Assembly: GCA_038064595.1 (NCBI GenBank)
Contig: JBBTSV010000005.1
Span: forward strand, 612 to 64,611
Length of the DNA: 64,000 nucleotides
Source: Patescibacteria group bacterium
GTDB taxonomy: Bacteria > Patescibacteriota > Minisyncoccia > Phycocordibacterales > Phycocordibacteraceae
Reading direction: 5' to 3'
Shown: one piece after another, positions 10,791 to 19,745 of the stretch
Position numbering within the stretch: position 1 is the stretch's first letter
How the letters are laid out: the number at the start of each line of letters is the position of its first letter
Made by a program: the position numbers and the translations under genes
The notes under the pieces: generated by a model
Told to the model about the DNA's origin: nothing
The model's input: only the letters and a program-made list of their open reading frames with translations
Database searches by the model: none

Positions 10791-11753
10791 ATGGACAAAC
10801 CAAGAACAACCGCTAAAGATTTCTTCCTCTGGGCTGGCGCAATTGTCGCCTTTTATTGGAGCGTGATCGCTTACGCGGCGCTCCTCTTCGACTACATCAA
10901 CTACTCGTTCCCCAACGCGCTCTCGTATCTCCCTGCCAACCCCTACGAAAGCGGGATCAGCTTTGAGATGGCCTCGGTCGTCGTTCTCTTTCCGATATAC
11001 CTGCTCCTCATGTGGCTCATCCATAAAGATGCAGCGCGCGACCCCTCTCGCAATGAGATCTGGGTTCGCCGTTGGGCGCTCATCTTCACTCTCTTCCTCG
11101 CGGGCCTCGCGATGGCGGGCGATCTTATCGCCCTCCTCTCCCAATTCTTCAGTGGTGAAGAGCTCACCACCGCTTTTGTCCTGAAGGTGCTGGTCATCTT
11201 CCTCCTTGCGGCAGGGGTGTTTATGCATTTCGTCGCTGAACTCTCCGGCTACTGGGAACGCTTCTCCAAGCGGCGCGATGCAGTGCGTATCGGCGTCGTC
11301 GTGCTCGTCGTCGTGTCGATTGGTGCGGGTTTCTTTATCGTCGGTACGCCGGCTCAGGCGCGTCTCGCGCGCTTTGACGCACAGAAGGTGAGCGATCTGC
11401 AGAACATCCAGTCGCAGGTGTTGAACTACTATCAGGCTAAGCGAGCCCTCCCCGCTGTACTCGCTGACCTCAATTCCTCGATAAACTATTACGGTCCGAT
11501 TCCCCTTGATCCGCAGACGAATACCGACTACGAGTACCAGCCCATCGGTGCACTCTCCTTCAAGCTGTGTGCCGAGTTCAATAAGGCGGGTACCGATACA
11601 GTTTTCGAAGGGCGTTCAGTGCCTGCTGCAATGCCCATGAAGACGGGCGAGGGTGTATACCCCGTGAACAACTCATGGCAGCACGACAAGGGTCGCGTAT
11701 GCTTTAACCGTATCATCGACCCGAGCTTCTACCCACCGCTCTCCAAAAACTAA
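10791..11753 (+). CDS. Hypothetical membrane protein (4-5 TM helices plus C-terminal soluble domain)
   Basis: ATG 9 nt after TGTGGTATAAT extended -10 motif (leaderless-type start). Confidence 0.55.
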   Translation: MDKPRTTAKDFFLWAGAIVAFYWSVIAYAALLFDYINYSFPNALSYLPANPYESGISFEMASVVVLFPIYLLLMWLIHKDAARDPSRNEIWVRRWALIFTLFLAGLAMAGDLIALLSQFFSGEELTTAFVLKVLVIFLLAAGVFMHFVAELSGYWERFSKRRDAVRIGVVVLVVVSIGAGFFIVGTPAQARLARFDAQKVSDLQNIQSQVLNYYQAKRALPAVLADLNSSINYYGPIPLDPQTNTDYEYQPIGALSFKLCAEFNKAGTDTVFEGRSVPAAMPMKTGEGVYPVNNSWQHDKGRVCFNRIIDPSFYPPLSKN

Positions 11754-11791
11754 CAAGGTTAAACCTTGTTCCAAAACACCGCGTATAATCT

Positions 11792-14206
11792 ATGGCGTAC
11801 GACCACCGCGAGATCGAGAAGGCTGCCCAAGAGAAATGGGCAGCACGTGATCTGTATAAGGCCGATCTCACTGATGAGACGAAAGATCCGTATTACCTCT
11901 TGGTGGAGTTCCCGTATCCCTCCGGCGACCTGCATATCGGGCACTGGTACGCCTTTGCGGTGACCGACATCTACGCGCGCATGCTGCGGCTGCGCGGTAA
12001 AAACGTTCTCTTCCCAATAGGTTTCGACGCCTTTGGCCTCCCGGCTGAGAATGCGGCGATTAAAAATGGCGTTGACCCCAAGGAGTGGACCCTCGCCAAT
12101 ATCGAGCGGATGCGCGGACAGCTCCAGAGCATGGGTGCCTCCTTCGACTGGGGTAAAGAGGTGGTCACCTGCGACCCCGCCTACTATCAGTGGACGCAGT
12201 GGCTCTTCATAAAGCTCTTTGAGCACGGGCTCGCTGAGCACAAGGAGGCTGCGGTGAAGTGGTGCCCCAAAGACCAGACCGTGCTCGCCAACGAACAAGT
12301 TATCGACGGCCATTGCGAGCGCTGCGGCACCGAGGTAGTCGAGAAGCGGCTCACGCAATGGTTCTTGAAAATTACTGCATATGCGGATCGGCTGCTCACG
12401 GGGCTTGACCCGCTCCCGTGGCGCGAGGAGATAAAAGAGGCGCAGAGAGCGTGGATCGGTAAGAGCGAGGGCGCGCATCTCGAGTTCGCCCTTGCGGGAA
12501 GAGAAGAGAAGATACGAGTCTTCACGACTCGCCCTGACACCATCTTTGGCGCCACCTACGTCGTACTCGCGCCCGAGCACCCGCTTGTCGCCACACTTCT
12601 CCCGAGCCTCACTAACAAAAAAGAAGTCGAGGCGTATGTTACGGCGACCGCCAAGAAGAGCGAGCGCGAGCGTAGCGAGAATAAAGAGAAGACGGGTGTC
12701 GAGCTTAAAGGAGTGAAGGCAATCAATCCGGCGACCAAGGAGGAGATCCCCGTCTACATTGCCGACTACGTGCTTGCCTCCTACGGCACCGGCGCCGTGA
12801 TGGCCGTCCCTGCACACGACGAGCGCGACGGCGAGTTTGCCGCACGGATGGGACTGCCAGTTATTGAGGTGGTGGAGCGCGGAGAAAACCCATTGCCTTA
12901 CACGGGTACAGGGATACTGATGAACTCCGGTGACTTCACTCTGCGCAACAGTGAAGAGGCCAAGGCAGACATCATCGCCGCTGTGGGCGGCGAAGTAGCC
13001 ACCAACTACCGCATCCGTGATTGGCTCATCAGCCGTCAGCGCTACTGGGGCTGCCCGATCCCGATTGTCTACGATCCAGCAGGGAAGCCGCATGCCATTC
13101 CCTCTGAACACTTGCCCTGGATCCTGCCCACTGATGTCGACTTCACTCCCACTGGCAAGGCGCCCCTCGCGTCATCGAAGGAGCTTAAGGAGCGGGTCAC
13201 GAGAATATTTGGCGAGGGATGGACGCCCGAGTATGACACCTTCGACACCTTTATGGACTCGTCGTGGTATTTCCTTCGCTATCTCGACTCCAGCGATACG
13301 CATAAGTTTTCTGATGCTGCGCTCATGAAGAAGTGGATCCCGGTGAACCGCTACTCCGGCGGGAGCGAGCACACCACCATGCACCTCCTCTATGCGCGCT
13401 TCTTTATGAAGGCACTCTATGATCTCGCGCTCGTGCCGGTGGATGAACCTTTCACCGAGCGCTTCAATCGCGGGCTCATCATGGGCCCAGACGGGGCTAA
13501 GATGAGCAAATCGAAGGGGAATGTGGTCAACCCGGACGAGTTTGTGCAGAAGTATGGCGCTGACGCAGTACGGCTCTACCTCGCCTTTATCGGCCCTTAC
13601 AACGAGCCCGGGAGCTACCCATGGAATCTTGAAGGCGTTGCCTCGATGCGTAAGTTCCTCGAGCGTGTCGACCGCCTCATGTCTCGTTATCAGCAACTTG
13701 GAGGTGAAACCTCCAAGTCGAACTTGGAGGTTTCACCTCCAAGTTCTCAAAGCTTGATGGAGCAGGCGGTGGCTAAGGCAAGCGCGAAGGTGGCCGGGGA
13801 GGGAGATCGATTTAAGTTCAACACCGGAGCTGCGGCGCTGATGACGCTTCTCAATGAGCTTGAGGCTACAGAAGAAGTGCCCGCGAGCGTCCTCAAAGAT
13901 TTCTTGATTATGCTCGCGCCCTTTGCGCCGCACCTTGCTGAAAGCCTATGGGAAAAGCTCGGCGGAGAGGGTTCAGTCCACCAGCAGCCGTGGCCGGTAC
14001 GCGAGGTGGCGGCCGCCACCGAATACACGGTGGTCGTCCAGGTGTCCGGCAAGCGCCGTGGTTCGATTACACTCACCACAGGCGCCTCGGAGGAGGAGGC
14101 GGTACAGGCGGCACGCGCGCTCCCGCCGGTCGCTGCGGCGCTTGCCGGAGCCGAGCCGAGCCGAGTGGTCTACCTCCCCAACCGCCTTGTAAACTTGGTC
14201 GTCTAG
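11792..14206 (+). CDS. leuS: Leucyl-tRNA synthetase
   Basis: 804 aa; HIGH (GDLHIGHWY) and KMSKS (KMSKSKGN) motifs, editing domain. Confidence 0.95.
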   Translation: MAYDHREIEKAAQEKWAARDLYKADLTDETKDPYYLLVEFPYPSGDLHIGHWYAFAVTDIYARMLRLRGKNVLFPIGFDAFGLPAENAAIKNGVDPKEWTLANIERMRGQLQSMGASFDWGKEVVTCDPAYYQWTQWLFIKLFEHGLAEHKEAAVKWCPKDQTVLANEQVIDGHCERCGTEVVEKRLTQWFLKITAYADRLLTGLDPLPWREEIKEAQRAWIGKSEGAHLEFALAGREEKIRVFTTRPDTIFGATYVVLAPEHPLVATLLPSLTNKKEVEAYVTATAKKSERERSENKEKTGVELKGVKAINPATKEEIPVYIADYVLASYGTGAVMAVPAHDERDGEFAARMGLPVIEVVERGENPLPYTGTGILMNSGDFTLRNSEEAKADIIAAVGGEVATNYRIRDWLISRQRYWGCPIPIVYDPAGKPHAIPSEHLPWILPTDVDFTPTGKAPLASSKELKERVTRIFGEGWTPEYDTFDTFMDSSWYFLRYLDSSDTHKFSDAALMKKWIPVNRYSGGSEHTTMHLLYARFFMKALYDLALVPVDEPFTERFNRGLIMGPDGAKMSKSKGNVVNPDEFVQKYGADAVRLYLAFIGPYNEPGSYPWNLEGVASMRKFLERVDRLMSRYQQLGGETSKSNLEVSPPSSQSLMEQAVAKASAKVAGEGDRFKFNTGAAALMTLLNELEATEEVPASVLKDFLIMLAPFAPHLAESLWEKLGGEGSVHQQPWPVREVAAATEYTVVVQVSGKRRGSITLTTGASEEEAVQAARALPPVAAALAGAEPSRVVYLPNRLVNLVV
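13697..13743. repeat. 47-bp near-perfect palindrome (two inverted 21-bp self-complementary units cttggaggtgaaacctccaag) embedded in-frame in leuS
   Basis: Unit also present at 62450-62470; encodes LGGETSKSNLEVSPPSS in a variable LeuRS linker. Confidence 0.7.
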
Positions 14207-14275
14207 ACTCGGTTGACGATATTTTATATACCTGCTAGATTATAAAGGTATCCGAATGAGAGTAATGAACCATAA

Positions 14276-14545
14276 ATGAGTGAGAGCGACGAGACAAAAC
14301 CAACGGCGACAGGCACCGTTGAGGAAGTGTTGCCTAACTCTCTTTTTCGTGTTCGTTTAGACCCCTCAGAGGATCAGGCTGACGCCATAGAAGCGGGAGA
14401 CGAAGTCGCAGAGAGCGAGCTTTTGCTCGCGTATCTAGCCGGTAAAATGCGCCTCCATCGGATCCGTGTCTTGGTGGGCGACAAGGTAGAGATGGTGCTC
14501 GACCCCTACGGAGGGCGAGCACGAATCGTGCGAAGATTAACGTAA
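14276..14545 (+). CDS. infA: Translation initiation factor IF-1 (with ~20-aa acidic insertion)
   Basis: [10 protein letters not shown] ... [23 protein letters not shown] matches the IF-1 S1-like fold. Confidence 0.8.
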   Translation: MSESDETKPTATGTVEEVLPNSLFRVRLDPSEDQADAIEAGDEVAESELLLAYLAGKMRLHRIRVLVGDKVEMVLDPYGGRARIVRRLT

Positions 14546-14558
14546 ATTATCGTATTCA

Positions 14559-14675
14559 ATGAAAGTCCGGGCATCTATCAAAGTCCAGCAACCAGGAGAT
14601 CAGCTCGTCCGTCGCGGCGGGCGCCTCTATCGTATTAATAAAAAGAATCCCCGCCGCAAGGCGCGTCAAGGTTAA
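14559..14675 (+). CDS. rpmJ: 50S ribosomal protein L36, Cys-less variant (not in ORF track)
   Basis: [38 protein letters not shown], 38 aa, between infA and rpsM as in the conserved operon; no Cys/His zinc ribbon. Confidence 0.75.
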   Translation: MKVRASIKVQQPGDQLVRRGGRLYRINKKNPRRKARQG

Positions 14676-14685
14676 TTTTTCATAC

Positions 14686-15066
14686 ATGCGTATCGCCGGT
14701 ATCACCCTTCCCGATAACAAGCAGCTCGCCTACTCGCTGCCGCTTATTTTTGGCATCGGTCCGACTCGTGCCCGCGAGATCCTCACCAAGAGCGGCATCC
14801 CCTTCACTAAGAAGGGGAGCGAGCTCACGGCCGATGAAGAGCAGAAGATCCGCGCACTCGCCGAAGGCTTCACGATCGAGGGTGAACTGCGCCGTGAGAT
14901 CGGTCAGAACGTTAAGCGCCTTAAAGATATCCGCTCGGAGCGGGGTGATCGTCATGCGCGTGGGATGCCGACGCGCGGGCAGCGCACCAAGACCAACTCG
15001 CGCACGCGTCGTGGCAACGTCCGCAAGACGATGACCTCGGGTCGCCGTACGCTCGAAAAGACGTAA
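14686..15066 (+). CDS. rpsM: 30S ribosomal protein S13
   Basis: MRIAGITLP... canonical S13. Confidence 0.95.
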   Translation: MRIAGITLPDNKQLAYSLPLIFGIGPTRAREILTKSGIPFTKKGSELTADEEQKIRALAEGFTIEGELRREIGQNVKRLKDIRSERGDRHARGMPTRGQRTKTNSRTRRGNVRKTMTSGRRTLEKT

Positions 15067-15074
15067 TCATACCT

Positions 15075-15509
15075 ATGGGAAAGAAACGTATCATTAAGAA
15101 GAGCGGTAAGGGCCTTGACCAGGGGCGCAAGGAGCGTGCACTCTCAAAGGCGACGAAGCGTCATCTCGATAAGGGAGTGCTCCACATTGAGGCGACGTTT
15201 AATAACACCAAAGCGATTCTCACTGATGAGAAAGGTAATGCGATTGTCTCTTCAAGCGCGGGCGCACTCGGCTTTTCTGGCGCGCGTAAGTCGACCCCCT
15301 ATGCGGCGGCCAAGGTGGGTGAGTTTCTCGGCGAGAAAGGGATGATGATTGGCCTCAAGGAGGCGGCAGTTGTGATCCGTGGTGTGGGAGCTGGTCGTGA
15401 GTCGGTTCTCCGCGCGTTCTCCAGCAAAGGGATCCAGATCCGCGCGATTAAAGATGTGACGCCGATCCCGCACAACGGTCCCCGGCCGCCGAAGCCGCGT
15501 CGCGTGTAA
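15075..15509 (+). CDS. rpsK: 30S ribosomal protein S11
   Basis: Canonical S11 sequence. Confidence 0.95.
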   Translation: MGKKRIIKKSGKGLDQGRKERALSKATKRHLDKGVLHIEATFNNTKAILTDEKGNAIVSSSAGALGFSGARKSTPYAAAKVGEFLGEKGMMIGLKEAAVVIRGVGAGRESVLRAFSSKGIQIRAIKDVTPIPHNGPRPPKPRRV

Positions 15510-15518
15510 TACTTTATT

Positions 15519-16130
15519 ATGAAAACGGGACCACGATACAAAATTGCAAAGCGCCTTGGCGCAACCGTCTTTGAGAAAGCGCAGACGCAGAAATTTGCTA
15601 TTTCTGCAGAACGGAGCGCAAAGAACAAGCGTCGTGGGCGTGGGCGTCAGAGCGAGTACGGCAAGCAGATGCTCGAGAAACAGAAGGTCCGCGTGACCTA
15701 CGGACTCCCGGAGCGCCAGTTCCGTAACTATGTGCGCAAGGCGCTCACGGCGCATGCGGCGCAGCCATCGGATCGTCTTCATGAACTCCTTGAGCTTCGC
15801 CTCGACAACGTGGTGTGGCGCCTCGGTCTCGCTGCCACGCGCCGCGCGGCGCGCCAGATGGTAGCACATGGTCACGTGATGGTGAACGGGAAGAAAATGC
15901 GTGTGCCTTCGTGTGCTCTCTCGGTAGGTGACGAGATCAGTATCCGCGATGGATCAAAGGAGCATGGGGTGCTGGTCGGCTTCGCTGAGCGCTTTGCCGA
16001 GCGTCCGCTCCCCTCCTGGCTTAACTGGAATGCGAGTTCGATGAGCGGGAGCGTGGTCGAGCGGCCCACCTCGGCGTCAGCAGATGTCGCAGGCGACATG
16101 GTCTCAGTGCTCTCGTTCTACACGAGGTAG
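15519..16130 (+). CDS. rpsD: 30S ribosomal protein S4
   Basis: Canonical S4 with S4 RNA-binding domain. Confidence 0.95.
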   Translation: MKTGPRYKIAKRLGATVFEKAQTQKFAISAERSAKNKRRGRGRQSEYGKQMLEKQKVRVTYGLPERQFRNYVRKALTAHAAQPSDRLHELLELRLDNVVWRLGLAATRRAARQMVAHGHVMVNGKKMRVPSCALSVGDEISIRDGSKEHGVLVGFAERFAERPLPSWLNWNASSMSGSVVERPTSASADVAGDMVSVLSFYTR

Positions 16131-16167
16131 TTTTTCATTATTATTCACTGGTAATTACGATTGCGTT

Positions 16168-17118
16168 ATGGAATACCACATTACTTTGCCAAGCAAGCCC
16201 CGTATCGTGTCTGAAGAGGACATGCAGGGCGTTTATGAAATTGATTCACTTTATCCGGGATACGGTCATACGCTGGGCAACAGCTTGCGCCGTATCATCC
16301 TCTCTTCACTCCCGGGCGCAGCGATCACCCAAGTCAAGATCGAGGGTATTCCTCACGAGTTTGCAACTATTGATGGGATGCGCGAGACGGTGATGGAGCT
16401 CCTCCTCAATCTCAAGCGCGTTCACTTTATCCTTCACGGTGATGAGCCACAAACCATCTCCCTTATCACTAAGGGCACCGGCGAGATAACCGCAAAAGAC
16501 TTTAATCTCCCCAGCCAGGTCGAGATCAAGAATCCGGGTCAGCACATCTGCGATCTCGCCGGAAAGGCAACCCTCGAGCTTGAAGCAACGATCGAACGCG
16601 GCCTCGGCTACGTGCCGCGCGAAGTGTTGACCAAAGACAAAGTCGACATCGGCACCATCGCGCTTGACGCGACGTTCACACCGATCCGTCGCGTGAACTA
16701 CGAGGTCGATAACATGCGCGTGGGAGACCGCACCGACTTCAACCGTCTCCGTATCCTGATCGAGACCAACGGCACGATCGCTCCGCGCGAAGCACTTGAA
16801 AAGTCAATCGAGACGATGATTCACCAGCTCAAGGCCGTGATTGGTTTTCAAGAGAATGAGCCGGCGCATGAACGTACGGCATCAGCTTCGGCAAAGGAGA
16901 CCGACGGCGAGCTTGATGCGACGAAGGTAAAGATTGCTGATCTCGGTCTTCCTACTCGTGTCGTTTCGGCACTCGAGGAGGCAGGGATCAAGAGTGCAGC
17001 CGGTCTCGCCCGCAAGACCGCCTCGGCACTTAAGGAGCTTGACGGTATTGGCGACAAGGCGGTTGAGGAGATCTCGACCGCGCTTGCCGGCTGCGGCCTC
17101 ACGCTCAAAGGCGAGTAA
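16168..17118 (+). CDS. rpoA: DNA-directed RNA polymerase subunit alpha (divergent CTD)
   Basis: MEYHITLP start within ORF-track entry 16084; NTD dimerisation domain conserved; CTD much more divergent than the stand-alone copy at 8973. Confidence 0.9.
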   Translation: MEYHITLPSKPRIVSEEDMQGVYEIDSLYPGYGHTLGNSLRRIILSSLPGAAITQVKIEGIPHEFATIDGMRETVMELLLNLKRVHFILHGDEPQTISLITKGTGEITAKDFNLPSQVEIKNPGQHICDLAGKATLELEATIERGLGYVPREVLTKDKVDIGTIALDATFTPIRRVNYEVDNMRVGDRTDFNRLRILIETNGTIAPREALEKSIETMIHQLKAVIGFQENEPAHERTASASAKETDGELDATKVKIADLGLPTRVVSALEEAGIKSAAGLARKTASALKELDGIGDKAVEEISTALAGCGLTLKGE

Positions 17119-17123
17119 CTACT

Positions 17124-17477
17124 ATGGCGTATACCAAGAAAGCACAGACTTTCCATCGTAAGACCGGTCAGCGCCGGGCGCTTCTCAAGTCCTTGATGCG
17201 CTCACTGGTCTTGGAGGAGCGGATCTCGACTACGGAGGCCAAGGCCAAGGCACTGCGCCCCGCGATCGAGCGTCTCGTCACGTACGGAAAGAAGAATACG
17301 CTCGCGACCCGCCGTTTCGCGCAGGCAAAACTCGGTGACAAAGAAGCAACCAAGAAGCTTTTTGACACCATAGCGCCTCGGTATGTTGATAGAAACGGCG
17401 GGTACACACGGGTCGTGAAGCGCTCGGTGCGCGGTAAGAGCGATGCACGCAAACTTGCGTATATCTCATTTGTCTAG
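17124..17477 (+). CDS. rplQ: 50S ribosomal protein L17
   Basis: Canonical L17. Confidence 0.95.
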   Translation: MAYTKKAQTFHRKTGQRRALLKSLMRSLVLEERISTTEAKAKALRPAIERLVTYGKKNTLATRRFAQAKLGDKEATKKLFDTIAPRYVDRNGGYTRVVKRSVRGKSDARKLAYISFV

Positions 17478-17493
17478 TACACCATATTTATCT

Positions 17494-17865
17494 ATGACGC
17501 GGATTATCAAACCAGAAACAACAACCTATACGATCGACGCCACCGACCGCACGCTTGGCCGTGTGGCAAGCGAGGCAGCGCACGCCCTTCTTGGGAAGCG
17601 TTCGGTCCACTTCGACAAACAAACTGCACACCCGGTTACGGTGGTAATCGAGAATGCCGGCAAGCTCCACCTTCCGCTCCGTCGCACAACGGGGAAAATC
17701 TACACCCGCTACACGGGCTATCCCGCCGGACTCCGCTCGATGACCATGGCAGAGATGGTTGCGAAGAAGGGCATTGCAGACGTTGTCAAAAAGACGGTTG
17801 ACGGGATGATCCCGCGCAACAAGCTCCGTGCACCACGGATGAAGAATCTTATTGTTAATGCGTAA
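17494..17865 (+). CDS. rplM: 50S ribosomal protein L13
   Basis: MTRIIKPETTTYTIDATDRTLGRVAS matches L13 N-terminus. Confidence 0.9.
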   Translation: MTRIIKPETTTYTIDATDRTLGRVASEAAHALLGKRSVHFDKQTAHPVTVVIENAGKLHLPLRRTTGKIYTRYTGYPAGLRSMTMAEMVAKKGIADVVKKTVDGMIPRNKLRAPRMKNLIVNA

Positions 17866-17866
17866 T

Positions 17867-18262
17867 ATGGCTACTACTTTCACTCATGCTGTTGGGCGCC
17901 GTAAGACCGCGATCGCGAGCGTGCGCATCACGCCAGCAAGCAAGTCAAGCCTCACGGTCAACGGCAAAAGCGCCAAGGATTATTTCAAGACTGCTGATCG
18001 TGCGGTTATTGCTGAAGAGGCATTTGGAAAAGCTGAGAGTGCTGAACACTACACCGTGACCGCTCATGTCTCGGGAGGTGGCATCTCTGCACAAGCAGAC
18101 GCGGTTCGCCACGCTATTAGCCGCGCGATTATTGCAGCTGAGCCGAAGACCCGCACGATTCTTAAGAAGGCCGGCTTTCTCAAGCGCGACCCGCGTGCCA
18201 AGGAGCGCAAGAAGCCGGGCCTCAAGAAAGCCCGCAAAGCGCCGCAGTGGTCTAAGAGATAA
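17867..18262 (+). CDS. rpsI: 30S ribosomal protein S9
   Basis: GRRKTAIASV ... C-terminal KKPGLKKARKAPQWSKR; start could be 17858. Confidence 0.9.
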   Translation: MATTFTHAVGRRKTAIASVRITPASKSSLTVNGKSAKDYFKTADRAVIAEEAFGKAESAEHYTVTAHVSGGGISAQADAVRHAISRAIIAAEPKTRTILKKAGFLKRDPRAKERKKPGLKKARKAPQWSKR

Positions 18263-18275
18263 AGTAATACAAAAC

Positions 18276-18303
18276 AGCAACCGCCCCAAAGGGGCGGTTG
18301 TGT
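18276..18303 (+). terminator. Rho-independent terminator after rpsI
   Basis: caaccgcccc-aaa-ggggcggttgtgtgc. Confidence 0.55.
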
Positions 18304-18361
18304 GCTATATATCAGCCAGAGCCCAGCAATCTCGCTTGGGCAACTCGAGAGAGGAGACGGT

Positions 18362-18868
18362 ATGTTGCTCGCACGACAAAACCCGTATGTCTCGGGAGAG
18401 GTCGCGCTCTTTGATACGCTGGTGAGAGCCGGAGAAGAGAAGGCATCGGTCACGCTCCCGCATGCGCTCCACGGATTTCTCGTTGACTGCTTGGTGGAGC
18501 ACCTGCGTGACCCAGAGATCACTCACGACGTCCTTGCACTCGGCTTCCTCCGTGCGGTGGAGCTGTCGGGTGAGAAGGGGAACGTCGTGCTCAAGCGTGT
18601 TGGTGACGAAGCGCTTCTGCTTGCGGGTCTTTTCCCCGAGCGCGCACTCCGCCTCCGAGTGAGCGTGCGCTACTTCAGACAGATGGGACAGAGCGCCTAC
18701 GGAAACCTTTCGGCGAAGCTTATCGCAGGAGGGAAGCCGGAGCGTAGTCACTTCTACAACACGCTCGCGCGGCAGTTTGAGCTCCTTGAGAAGGTGCTCG
18801 GCGCTGTGCGCGCCACACCAGAGAGCGAGTGGGATGCCTTCAGGCGTTTCCGCGCCCAGCTCCAGTAG
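18362..18868 (+). CDS. Hypothetical protein (168 aa)
   Basis: ORF with GGAGACGG RBS; no recognisable motif. Confidence 0.5.
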   Translation: MLLARQNPYVSGEVALFDTLVRAGEEKASVTLPHALHGFLVDCLVEHLRDPEITHDVLALGFLRAVELSGEKGNVVLKRVGDEALLLAGLFPERALRLRVSVRYFRQMGQSAYGNLSAKLIAGGKPERSHFYNTLARQFELLEKVLGAVRATPESEWDAFRRFRAQLQ

Positions 18869-18955
18869 TTCTCGCGTATGCGAACAGCCGCCATGGGCGG
18901 CTGTTCTTTTGGTGGTAGAGTTACCTTACGGGAATCCCTCCCGTAGGAGATCGTC

Positions 18956-19087
18956 ATGTTCATCGACCTCGAAGAGTTGGCGCGCCCCTTTGCGCCGCTG
19001 TTTGTCGAAATGCTCGAGTACCAGAAGCAGAACCTCCGCTTCTGGAACGGTATCCATCAGCAGGTCCTCGCTTTCTGGGGGCTCTGA
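18956..19087 (+). CDS. Small hypothetical protein (43 aa)
   Basis: AGGAG SD 6 nt upstream of ATG; stop TGA overlaps the ATG of the next ORF (TGATG coupling). Confidence 0.4.
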   Translation: MFIDLEELARPFAPLFVEMLEYQKQNLRFWNGIHQQVLAFWGL

Positions 19088-19299
19088 TGACGGCTACCGT
19101 CTGTACACGCCGCAGGTGTGGGCTTCCCATCAAGCTTGGCACCTACGTTGCCTGGCGAGGGGGTAAGCCATACCACTATGGCTGCCCCGAGATAGGGCGG
19201 GGAAGGAGGAAGCCAAGGCGGCCGAAGCCGCAACCGGAGAAGCCGAGCGCCCCTCGGCTTTTTCTATTGCCATCAACTATCCACGAAATGCTGCTATAG
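19087..19299 (+). CDS. Small Cys-containing (zinc-ribbon-like) basic protein (70 aa)
   Basis: CTRRRCGLPIKLGTYVAWRGGKPYHYGCPE; translationally coupled to the upstream small ORF; a terminator-like hairpin at ~19240-19265 lies inside its 3' end. Confidence 0.3.
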   Translation: MTATVCTRRRCGLPIKLGTYVAWRGGKPYHYGCPEIGRGRRKPRRPKPQPEKPSAPRLFLLPSTIHEMLL

Positions 19300-19509
19300 C
19301 ATGAAGTTTTGGATATGCTGGTATGATATATCATACCTTTTGCCATCTCGGACGTTACTATCAACAAAAAGTATGCTATAGCGTCGAGATTGTGGATACC
19401 TTTCAGTGACTCAAGAGATTCCGATTATTCATACAATCTGCTTGCTGTTTGCACACTACAAGAGTACAGTTTGTCTGGACGCAATTTTGCTCCATACCGG
19501 AGAAATCCG

Positions 19510-19689
19510 ATGGCCGCCAACGAACAAGTCGTTTGCAACGCCTGCAAACGCGAAGTTGTCCCACAGCTCGGCTGGCATATCTGCGAGGGGTGCGGATTGG
19601 CGCTGCTGGGCAGTGACGAATCGCCTCCAACGCTCGTCGAAGAGGAGGTCGGCGAAGCGCTCGCGGAAGCGGGCGAGCTCACCAGCTAG
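19510..19689 (+). CDS. Small zinc-ribbon protein (59 aa)
   Basis: CNAC...HICEGC two CxxC pairs; GGAGA SD upstream; internal ATG of ORF-track entry 19390..19689. Confidence 0.5.
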   Translation: MAANEQVVCNACKREVVPQLGWHICEGCGLALLGSDESPPTLVEEEVGEALAEAGELTS

Positions 19690-19713
19690 CTCGCGGCAGG
19701 GCTGGCACAAGAT

Positions 19714-19745
19714 CGCGGGACCCACGGGTCCCGCTTTCGTTTTTA
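19714..19745. terminator. Bidirectional terminator hairpin between convergent genes
   Basis: gcgggacccacgggtcccgc followed by tttcgttttt. Confidence 0.55.

Noticed and set aside
11759-13111. 450-aa minus-strand ORF
   Set aside because: Antisense to leuS, whose HIGH and KMSKS motifs identify the real frame.
14559-14575. GAAAGTCCGGGC resembling the RNase P RNA conserved motif
   Set aside because: It is the start of the rpmJ coding sequence (MKVRA), and no RNase P secondary-structure context surrounds it.
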